A stretch of DNA of 26,877 nt, from positions 1 through 26,877 of the forward strand of contig NIVC01005077.1 in the NCBI GenBank assembly GCA_002269645.1, in the 5' to 3' direction. This DNA is from Macrostomum lignano. Lineage: Eukaryota. A program made the position numbers and the translations under genes. Shown piece by piece: positions 1-10,100 of the stretch (position 1 is its first letter; every line of letters begins with the position of its first letter). Below the pieces are notes generated by a model that was not told the origin of the DNA, did not search any database, and saw only the letters and a list, made by a program, of their open reading frames with translations.

Positions 1-1408
1 GACTTGGTAAAAGTAGACCAGACTGCTTTAAAAAATGCTTTAATATAGCACGACTGTCAGACTATTTTGTAGTAGACAATGTTAGTAAAGTTTTTTGTCT
101 GTTCCCTAGAGTACACGAAAACTGCTGCTATACATTGTTTAATCAGAGAATATCAGTCCATTAGGGAAATTATCGAGTATTCAATATGCATTGTCCCTCG
201 GTTTACGACTACTGATTGCCACGAATATACTGCCAGTGACATTTGTCATTTGAGGGTTTCTTATAATCAAAGTAGAAAAATTCTCATTACCTTAGGCTGT
301 CAAGTGAAAATAATAAGTTGTACGTACGGTTATTGCGGTTTGAGGAAATTGGCTAGCTTTTTGCATAGAATTTTTTCAGCTGGCAGCTAGGAGCCTAGGA
401 TAATTTAATACATGGTCATGCGCAATCCTTATAGAAAACATAGCCGGCTTTATTGTACTGCCTAAGACAGAAGCTTCTAAAAGTGAAGAGGAGGAAGCAT
501 CTTCTCAGCAACACCCTTTCCCTTCTCAAGCGACGAGTCAGTGGGGAGAAAGAGAGATAGAGAGGTTGAAAGAATCCACAGCAGGCAGCTGAGGCGCAGC
601 AGAGATGAGGACCAGTAGCCGCGTATCCTTGACTCGCCATCTTGCCAGTCACAGCCAATGACAGTCAAATTGAGGTAGAAAAAAGCAGTTGATGGAAGAG
701 AGAACTGCGCTAGTTCGTGTAAAAGCGTTGGTGCAGCTTTCATCAGTCAGTTGCTTAAAGCTCCGGTGCTTTGGTGCTTTCAAACTATACTACCTTGCCT
801 TTTGCTTCTGTTTTCACAAGTCAGTTTATCACTACTTTATTTTTATAAGTTAGCAAAAGCCCACCATCTTCCGGATCGAATCGTCTTGCTGACAACGACA
901 AGGTCCGATAGACATTTGATTAAGACTCGTAGATTGTAGGAACGCTATCCGCGCGTGAGTGATTGATTGTTGATTACTAACATTCATAATGAGCAGAGGC
1001 TTGTCAGGTGCCAATTCTATAGATAGATTTTAATCAATCAAGCATATAGCTCGTAGTTTGCCTATGTCACTGAATCTTCTTCACTGTCACTGAAGACGTC
1101 TTTCTCAAAGACAACATTACGTGACTGAGTGGTGCTAGTGCACTTACGAGCGTACGAAGCGACTCGAACTCTAAAACCTCTTGATTCCGAATTGAAGAAA
1201 TCGAACCAGACAGTGTATGGAGACTTAAATTTCCGGCCAAAAGATAAGAGGTGTGTAAAAATACTTCTAAAGCAACCAAGCGTACTAAAGAGTACACCAA
1301 AGGTTAAATTCAGCTGTCGGAAGTATAGTGCCAGCTTTAGTTCGTTAACTTAGTCTAGTAAGAATCGCGACATGATTGCAACAAGAAGTTCATATTGACT
1401 GAATTAGC

Positions 1409-1428
1409 CATCTCTATTTCTGTTGCAG
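1409..1428 (+). promoter_or_regulatory. Candidate 3' splice acceptor upstream of the GPCR ATG
   Basis: Pyrimidine tract tctctatttctgttgcag ends at 1428. The GPCR frame is open from there to ATG 1457 (STSWPRYSRM). A possible donor GTAAGA lies at 1358-1363. Confidence 0.4.
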
Positions 1429-1456
1429 ATCAACTAGCTGGCCAAGGTACTCGAGG

Positions 1457-3003
1457 ATGACAAAGGAACTACTAGTAAACGATATTGTCACGCTGACAGC
1501 TGCGGCACTCGGCTTGGTAGTGAACAGTGCCACACTGGTTGCCCTGCTGTTGAACAGACACCAGCTAAGCACTAAGGCTTACCTAGTGATCAGCCTGTCT
1601 CTAGGGGGCATTGTGACTGTGGCTGGTAGTGTACTGCATACACTATTCAATGAATATGCTGTCTCAGGCATTGATTGCCTATCTAAAACCCAAGTTCTAA
1701 TGCGAGATGTCAAGTATGTGGGCATCATTCTGACACTGCTAGGACTGAACGCTCTCTGTTTTGATCTGTACGTGGCCGTGATGCATTCGATTCGCTACCG
1801 AGTGGTCTGCAGCAAGAGACGAGTTCGAGCGCTAATTTGCATCAAATGGTTTGTCGGCATTCTTCTGGGTAGCGCCAGCTCAATTAGCCACCTAATAATC
1901 GGTATTGGACAGAAGCAGAAACCGCAATGCAAAAGTACGCCGAAAAACTTTCAAACCATTCAAGGAAACTTTACATTGTTCAAACAAATCCTGACGGTAT
2001 TTAATCAAAGCAAAACGAACGATAACTTTTTACTAAATGCGTCATTGTTCGTACCGTTTCGACTGCCGCTATATCCGACTCTGCCGCCTTTGCCCACTCG
2101 ACAGCCCACTCGCCAGCCTCCGCCAACGCAGCCTCCGCCTCCACTAAAGAGCAAAGATTTCCTGCTAAGCCGTTTCTACATCAGCGACTGCATACTGGTG
2201 GCCGTGCTAGCCCTGTCCGTGCTGTTCATCACAATCAGCCTGTCAAAAATCTATCGCAAATTGAAGCGCCGGACTCGACGCAACGGCAATCTGACTTGCG
2301 AACATTCTAGCGCCTGCACCAGCGGCAGTAACAGCGACAGAGGAAGCGGAATTCGCCGACACTGCAGCATCAGCGGTTCGCGAGCCAAGAAGCGCGGCGC
2401 AGTCACTATTTTGCTATTGTTTGTCGGATTCAACGCTACAGTGCTGCCCTACATGATTGGCGAATTTTATTCAATCATCGTCACTATTCAAGCCAGGACA
2501 AACAGCACAGATAGCACTCAATCGGACCTGGAGTTCATCATGTACTTCATGCCTTATCTAGCCGCTTTGGCTCTCGGCTTACGGTGTTAAATCCAGTTGT
2601 ACTGTCGCTGCGAATGCGAGAAGTTCAAGCAGGCTATGCGATAATGCGACAGAAGTTGAGCCAGAATAACCAAGAACAACAGCGACAACAACAGCAGCAG
2701 CAGCGACTCCAACAGCAATGCCAGCTCCGTCATCGACAGTTGCACCAGCACCGTTCAGTAACTGACGCGGCCTGTGAATCAATGCTGGATAACACTGATA
2801 GTATCTATGCAGTAGCTACTGACAGTCCATTGCACTATCGGTCAAGACAATTGTTGCAGCAGCACAGACGGAGGCAAGATTGTTGCGGCAGCCGAAGCAG
2901 CAATAACAGCAACAGCATGGTGTCATTTAATTTTGGATGCAACCCGAATGAGCAGAGCACTGGCGAGCCCGAGCAGAACGCGGAACAGGAAACCGAAGCT
3001 TGA
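1457..3003 (+). CDS. Divergent class A (rhodopsin-like) 7TM GPCR, frameshifted at ~2579-2580 (assembly indel or young pseudogene); ~515 aa if one base is restored
   Basis: ORF 1457-2590 has six hydrophobic helices with class A landmarks: GLVVN (TM1), C before TM3 (IDCLSK), DLYVAVMHSIRY (equivalent to DRYxAxxxPxRY), W in TM4 (IKWF), TVLPY (TM6). The overlapping ORF 2584-3003 begins VLNPVVLSLRMREVQAGY, equivalent to TM7 NPxxY plus helix 8. The join GGC TT ACG GTG TTA AAT CCA needs one extra base. Confidence 0.85.
2671..2750 (+). repeat. CAA/CAG low-complexity tract encoding a Q-rich GPCR C-terminal tail
   Basis: caagaacaacagcgacaacaacagcagcagcagcgactccaacagcaa translates as QEQQRQQQQQQRLQQQ. 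Confidence 0.7.
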
Positions 3004-3400
3004 GCGACCGTTACATTACATTCCATTAACAAATTAACAATTTTTACATTCCGATTCAAGCTTATAAATTTTATTCAGATAAATCAACTTGTTACTTAAC
3101 TCGACTAATCGCGCACTATTAATAAAACGAGATTGTCGTACGGAGTCTGAAATCCAACTGTATGACTGCATATGATATATCATATTTAGAGTCACATCCT
3201 TTGGCTCATACATTATCTATTCAGCCAAATGAATATAACATGCAAAGATAGCGGATGAGAATGCTGACCATACGTGCTTAGCAATCAGCAATTTATTGGA
3301 ATATACCGCAGCAAAATCTTGCTTAACAACCTGAGGGGGCGGATTTTGCTGTAAAAATCAAGACTTCGGAGAAATAAATTGATTTGCATGTGCATTGCAA

Positions 3401-3778
3401 AGACAGACAGACAGACACTAAGACAGACAGACAGACAGATAGACATTAAGACAGACAGACAGACAGACTGACACTCAGAAAGACAGACAGAGAGACAGAC
3501 AGATAGATAGATAGACGGACAGACAGACAGACAGACAGATAGACAGACGGACAGACAGACAGACAGACAGACGGACACTCAGACAGACACAAAGACAGAC
3601 AGACAGGCAGACAGACAGACAGACAGACGGACACTCAGACAGACACAAAGACAGACAGACAGGCAGACAGACAGACAGACAGACGGACACTCAGACAGAC
3701 ACAAAGACAGGCAGACAGACAGAAAGATAGAAAGACAGACACACAGACAGACAGACAGACAGACAGAAAGACAGACAC

Positions 3779-3819
<41 letters not shown>

Positions 3820-3996
3820 AAGACAGACAGACAGAAAGACAAAGACAGACACACAGACAGACAGACAAACAGACAGAAAGACAGACAGACAGAAAGACAG
3901 ACACACAGACAGACAGACAGACAGACAGAAAGACAGACAGACAGAAAGACAGACACACAGACAGACAGACAGACAGACAGACAGAAAGACAGACAC

Positions 3997-4049
<53 letters not shown>

Positions 4050-4053
4050 AACA
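3401..4053. repeat. (GACA)n/(TGTC)n compound microsatellite, ~650 bp, with an internal 56-bp higher-order unit
   Basis: Directly visible GACA iterations. The variant block acggacactc recurs at 3571, 3627 and 3683 (period 56). Confidence 0.98.
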
Positions 4054-4071
4054 GGACAGCAGCAGCCCTAC

Positions 4072-4744
4072 CTGATACCAGTCCGGCTGCCTGTCCCTGT
4101 CCAGCCGCAGGCAGGCCGTAGCAAACAGCCGGCGCTCCTTAGCCAGCCGCAGAGCGGTCTCAAATCGGTGCTCCAAGCCGCAGGCGGTGAAGTTAGCCAC
4201 AGCCAGGGGGTACCGAGCCAGCTGCAGGTCGATGACACCGCGCCGTTCCAGTTCGCCCATGCCGTCCAGCTGCTGCAGCAGGCTCACGTAGTCCTTGGGA
4301 TCTCGGCGAGTTCGCTGAGCCACCAGCAGGGCCAGCTCCAGATCGTAGGTGCCCAGGGCGCAGTTGTAGAGGCCGTGCACATCGGCCAGGTACAGCAGAT
4401 GCCGAAATCCAGCGTCAAGTAGGTCCACTGGTCCGCCGGCTAACAACTGCAATGCCCGGTCCATGCGACCCAGCTTGACCCAGGCGGAGAGGCGGCAGGT
4501 CAGCCACTGGCTGGGCGGCCTGGACTCCAAGCTGGCTAGCAGAGCGGAACCAACTGCCACGAGCTTATTGACATTGGCGTTCGAGTCTTTGTTCGAGTCT
4601 TCGTCTCTAATCACATCGGATAGTTGAAACGAGGACGAAGTGGACGCGACAGAGCTCTTGAGGAGCGAAGACCAATCGATGCTGCTGCCGTGCTGTCGGC
4701 AGGCGTACGCCCGGCTGTACATCCCAGTTGTGACGTCAACGTTA
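4072..4744 (-). CDS. ELP1: Internal coding exon of Elongator complex protein 1 (ELP1/IKAP/IKBKAP)
   Basis: The translation contains DVTTGMY and FRHLLYLADVHGLYNCALGTYDLELALLVAQRTRRDPKDYVSLLQQL...IDLQLARYPLA. These match the ELP1 signatures as I recall them (DVTxxMY; [44 protein letters not shown]). On the minus strand, the acceptor is ...ccccccag at 4746-4745 with a CTAAT branch-like motif upstream, and the donor is CAG|GTAGGG at 4071 (phase 0). The ORF-track extension to 3691 is read-through into the microsatellite. Confidence 0.9.
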
Positions 4745-4806
4745 CTGGGGGGTTTCGCATATGGTGAACATACAAATTAGGTTTGCTTTCAAGGAAGTCC
4801 TAAGAA

Positions 4807-6822
4807 GGTCAAATCAGGAGCTCCAAAGAATCAAGGGAGGTCAACTCAAGAGACTCCACAAATAGAATCGAGGGGTCACAAGGGGGTCAACTCAAGAGAC
4901 TCCACCAGAGAATCAGGGGTCACAAGGGGGTCAACTTAAGAGACTCCACTAAAGAATCAGGGGGTCACAAGGGGGGCCAACTCAAGAGACTCCACCAGAG
5001 AATCAGGGGGGTTACAAGGGGGGGGTCAACTTAAGAGACTCCACTAAAGAATCAGGGGGTCACAAGGCGGGTCAACTCAAGAGACTCCACCAGAGAATTA
5101 GGGGTCACAAGGGGGTCAACTCAAGAGACTCCACCAGAGAATTAGGGGGGTCACAAGGGGGGGTCAACTCAAGAGACTCCACTAAAGAATCAGGGGGTCA
5201 CAAGGGGGTCAACTCAAGAGACTCCACCAGAGAATTAGGGGGGTCACAAGGGGGGTCAACTCAAGAGACTCCACCAGAGAATTAGGGGGGTCACAAGGGG
5301 GGGTCAACTCAAGAGACTCCACCAGAGAATTAGGGGGTCACAAAGGGGTCAACTCAAGAGACTCTAAAAAAGAATCAAAAGGGTCACAAGAGGGTCAACT
5401 CAACACTCCACCAAAGAATCGAGGGAGTCACAAGGGGGGTTTCTCAAGAGACTCCACCAAAGAATCAAAGGGGTCACAAGGGGTCAACTCAAGTGACTCC
5501 ACAAAAGAATCAATGGGTCAGAAGGGGGTCAACTCAAGCGAGTCCACAAAAGAATCAAGAGGGGGTCGCAATTGGGGGGTCAACTCAAGAGACCCACTAA
5601 AGAATCGAGGGGGTCACAAGGGAATCAACTCAAAAGAGACCCCATTAAAGAATCAAAGGGGTCACAAGGGGGTCAACTCAAGAGACTCCTCCAAAGAATC
5701 AAGAGGGAGTCACAAGGGGGGTCAACTCAAGAGACTCCACAAAAGAATCAAGGAGGTCACAAGGGGGTCACCTCAAGAGACTCCACCAGAGAATTAGGGG
5801 GGTCACAAGGGGGTCACCTCAAGAGACTCCACTAAAGAATCAGGGGGTCACAAGGGGGGTCAACTTAAGAGACTCCACTAAAGAATCAGGGGGTCACAAG
5901 GGGGGCCAACTCAAGAGACTCCACCAGAGAATCAGGGGGTTACAAGGGGGGTCAACTTAAGAGACTCCACTAAAGAATCAGGGGTCACAAGGCGGGTCAA
6001 CTCAAGAGACTCCACCAGAGAATTAGGGGGTCACAAGGGGGTCAACTTAAGAGACTCCACCAGAGAATTAGGGGGTCACAAGGGGGGTCAACTCAAGAGA
6101 CTCCACCATAGAATTAGGGGGTCACAAGGGGGTCAACTCAAGAGACTCCACCAGAGAATTAGGGGGGTCACAAGGGGGGTCAACTCAAGAGACTCCACCA
6201 TAGAATTAGGGGGGTCACAAGGGGTCAACTCAAGAGACTCCACCAGAGAATTAGGGGGTCACAAAGGGGTCAACTCAAGAGACTCTACAAAAGAATCAAA
6301 AGGGTCACAAGAGGGTCAACTCAACACTCCACCAAAGAATCGAGGGAGTCACAAGGGGGGTTTCTCAAGAGACTCCACCAAAGAATCAAAGGGGTCACAA
6401 GGGGTCAACTCAAGTGACTCCACAAAAGAATCAATGGGTCAGAAGGGGGTCAACTCAAGCGAGTCCACAAAAGAATCAAGAGGGGGTCGCAATTGGGGGT
6501 CAACTCAAGAGACCCCACTAAAGAATCGAGGGGTCACAAGGGAATCAACTCAAAAGAGACCCCATTAAAGAATCAAAGGGGTCACAAGGGGGTCAACTCA
6601 AGAGACTCCTCCAAAGAATCAAGAGGGAGTCACAAGGGGGGTCAACTCAAGAGACTCCACAAAAGAATCAAGGAGGTCACAAGGGGGTCACCTCAAGAGA
6701 CTCCACTAAAGAATCAGGGGGTCACAAGGGGGTCAACTTAAGAGACTCCACTAAAGAATCAGGGGGTCACAAGGGGGGTCAACTCAAGAGACTCCACGAG
6801 AGAATCAGGGGGGTCACAAGGG
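4807..6822. repeat. G-rich minisatellite, ~44-bp unit (GGGGGTCACAAGGGGGTCAACTCAAGAGACTCCACCAGAGAATTA-like), ~45 copies, with a ~920-930-bp higher-order duplication
   Basis: The unit is visible throughout. Diagnostic variants recur in the same order about 920-930 bp apart: ggccaactc ~4975/5904, ggcgggtc ~5066/5991, caacactcc 5401/6322, tttctcaag 5440/6361, gtcgcaattgg ~5566/6486. Confidence 0.97.
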
Positions 6823-7100
6823 CGTTTGGATGACGCAGAATGTAGAAATGATACAATCGAATATATCCTCTAAGTAACTAAAAATGACGCGCAAAAAATT
6901 ACCGTTTCAAAAAAGGATATATTCTAAATATACCCCATATAAAAAATGACGAAACTTAAACCAATAAAACAACACAAGATTTTCCCTATCCCAACAAAAA
7001 TAAAGCTAAAATCAGATACACTACTTTAAGGAGAAAAACAAAGACACATATTAGACTTCAAGAGACAAAACTACAATCCTTCGAAAAACTATTTGAAGTT

Positions 7101-7120
7101 ATAGTTATTCAAATAACTAT
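7101..7120. other. Perfect 9-bp inverted repeat with a 2-nt loop (ATAGTTATT-CA-AATAACTAT)
   Basis: Read directly; it ends 13 bp before the start of the 118-bp array. Confidence 0.8.
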
Positions 7121-7133
7121 GTAAATAACAATA

Positions 7134-10100
7134 TTTGCACCTGCGTATATCAGCCCCATTGAGTGTCATTTCTAAGCTCTCCATTTAATTCTATATATTG
7201 ACAGCGACAGGGCTAGTTAGAGATGCTGAGAGTAGCGGGCTCTGCGTCATCTTTGCACCTGTGTATATCAGCCCCATTGAGTGTCATTTCTAAGCTCTCC
7301 ATTTAATTCTATATATTGACAGCGACAGGGCTAGTTAGAGATGCTGAGAGTAGCGGGCTCTGCGTCATCTTTGCACCTGTGTATATCAGCCCCATTGAGT
7401 GTCATTTCTAAGCTCTCCATTTAATTCTATATATTGACAGCGACAGGGCTAGTTAGAGATGCTGAGAGTAGCGGGCTCTGCGTCATCTTTGCACCTGTGT
7501 ATATCAGCCCCATTGAGTGTCATTTCTAAGCTCTCCATTTAATTCTATATATTGACAGCGACAGGGCTAGTTAGAGATGCTGAGAGTAGCGGGCTCTGCG
7601 TCATCTTTGCACCTGTGTATATCAGCCCCATTGAGTGTCATTTCTAAGCTCTCCATTTAATTCTATATATTGACAGCGACAGGGCTAGTTAGAGATGCTG
7701 AGAGTAGCGGGCTCTGCGTCATCTTTGCACCTGTGTATATCAGCCCCATTGAGTGTCATTTCTAAGCTCTCCATTTAATTCTATATATTGACAGCGACAG
7801 GGCTAGTTAGAGATGCTGAGAGTAGCGGGCTCTGCGTCATCTTTGCACCTGTGTATATCAGCCCCATTGAGTGTCATTTCTAAGCTCTCCATTTAATTCT
7901 ATATATTGACAGCGACAGGGCTAGTTAGAGATGCTGAGAGTAGCGGGCTCTGCGTCATCTTTGCACCTGTGTATATCAGCCCCATTGAGTGTCATTTCTA
8001 AGCTCTCCATTTAATTCTATATATTGACAGCGACAGGGCTAGTTAGAGATGCTGAGAGTAGCGGGCTCTGCGTCATCTTTGCACCTGTGTATATCAGCCC
8101 CATTGAGTGTCATTTCTAAGCTCTCCATTTAATTCTATATATTGACAGCGACAGGGCTAGTTAGAGATGCTGAGAGTAGCGGGCTCTGCGTCATCTTTGC
8201 ACCTGTGTATATCAGCCCCATTGAGTGTCATTTCTAAGCTCTCCATTTAATTCTATATATTGACAGCGACAGGGCTAGTTAGAGATGCTGAGAGTAGCGG
8301 GCTCTGCGTCATCTTTGCACCTGTGTATATCAGCCCCATTGAGTGTCATTTCTAAGCTCTCCATTTAATTCTATATATTGACAGCGACAGGGCTAGTTAG
8401 AGATGCTGAGAGTAGCGGGCTCTGCGTCATCTTTGCACCTGTGTATATCAGCCCCATTGAGTGTCATTTCTAAGCTCTCCATTTAATTCTATATATTGAC
8501 AGCGACAGGGCTAGTTAGAGATGCTGAGAGTAGCGGGCTCTGCGTCATCTTTGCACCTGTGTATATCAGCCCCATTGAGTGTCATTTCTAAGCTCTCCAT
8601 TTAATTCTATATATTGACAGCGACAGGGCTAGTTAGAGATGCTGAGAGTAGCGGGCTCTGCGTCATCTTTGCACCTGTGTATATCAGCCCCATTGAGTGT
8701 CATTTCTAAGCTCTCCATTTAATTCTATATATTGACAGCGACAGGGCTAGTTAGAGATGCTGAGAGTAGCGGGCTCTGCGTCATCTTTGCACCTGTGTAT
8801 ATCAGCCCCATTGAGTGTCATTTCTAAGCTCTCCATTTAATTCTATATATTGACAGCGACAGGGCTAGTTAGAGATGCTGAGAGTAGCGGGCTCTGCGTC
8901 ATCTTTGCACCTGTGTATATCAGCCCCATTGAGTGTCATTTCTAAGCTCTCCATTTAATTCTATATATTGACAGCGACAGGGCTAGTTAGAGATGCTGAG
9001 AGTAGCGGGCTCTGCGTCATCTTTGCACCTGTGTATATCAGCCCCATTGAGTGTCATTTCTAAGCTCTCCATTTAATTCTATATATTGACAGCGACAGGG
9101 CTAGTTAGAGATGCTGAGAGTAGCGGGCTCTGCGTCATCTTTGCACCTGTGTATATCAGCCCCATTGAGTGTCATTTCTAAGCTCTCCATTTAATTCTAT
9201 ATATTGACAGCGACAGGGCTAGTTAGAGATGCTGAGAGTAGCGGGCTCTGCGTCATCTTTGCACCTGTGTATATCAGCCCCATTGAGTGTCATTTCTAAG
9301 CTCTCCATTTAATTCTATATATTGACAGCGACAGGGCTAGTTAGAGATGCTGAGAGTAGCGGGCTCTGCGTCATCTTTGCACCTGTGTATATCAGCCCCA
9401 TTGAGTGTCATTTCTAAGCTCTCCATTTAATTCTATATATTGACAGCGACAGGGCTAGTTAGAGATGCTGAGAGTAGCGGGCTCTGCGTCATCTTTGCAC
9501 CTGTGTATATCAGCCCCATTGAGTGTCATTTCTAAGCTCTCCATTTAATTCTATATATTGACAGCGACAGGGCTAGTTAGAGATGCTGAGAGTAGCGGGC
9601 TCTGCGTCATCTTTGCACCTGTGTATATCAGCCCCATTGAGTGTCATTTCTAAGCTCTCCATTTAATTCTATATATTGACAGCGACAGGGCTAGTTAGAG
9701 ATGCTGAGAGTAGCGGGCTCTGCGTCATCTTTGCACCTGTGTATATCAGCCCCATTGAGTGTCATTTCTAAGCTCTCCATTTAATTCTATATATTGACAG
9801 CGACAGGGCTAGTTAGAGATGCTGAGAGTAGCGGGCTCTGCGTCATCTTTGCACCTGTGTATATCAGCCCCATTGAGTGTCATTTCTAAGCTCTCCATTT
9901 AATTCTATATATTGACAGCGACAGGGCTAGTTAGAGATGCTGAGAGTAGCGGGCTCTGCGTCATCTTTGCACCTGTGTATATCAGCCCCATTGAGTGTCA
10001 TTTCTAAGCTCTCCATTTAATTCTATATATTGACAGCGACAGGGCTAGTTAGAGATGCTGAGAGTAGCGGGCTCTGCGTCATCTTTGCACCTGTGTATAT

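Noticed and set aside
79-1353. Short ORFs at 79-390, 416-658, 477-743, 751-939, 1067-1300 and 1129-1353 as genes or downstream ELP1 exons
   Set aside because: No recognisable domain and no match to the expected next ELP1 segment. They overlap on both strands, as expected by chance.
3285-4071. Multiple minus-strand ORFs rich in SVCL, including the tail of the 343-aa ORF
   Set aside because: These are translations of the (TGTC)n microsatellite; ELP1 similarity stops at the GT donor at 4071.
5513-6741. ORFs of 82-94 aa in the G-rich region
   Set aside because: They are chance open frames in the minisatellite, broken by variable G-run lengths.
7134-7251. 5S rRNA, tRNA or spliced-leader RNA gene cluster (unit size close to 120 bp)
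   Set aside because: Only a short GGGCTAGTTAG resemblance to 5S. There is no 5S fold or terminator T-run, no cloverleaf, no convincing A/B boxes or Sm site, and no spacer between units. An Rfam search would be definitive.
7207-7251. Helitron 3' end (hairpin + CTAG on the minus strand) or TRIM-like LTR array
   Set aside because: CTAG is not followed by T and does not coincide with an array boundary. Block A lacks TG...CA ends, a PBS and a PPT.
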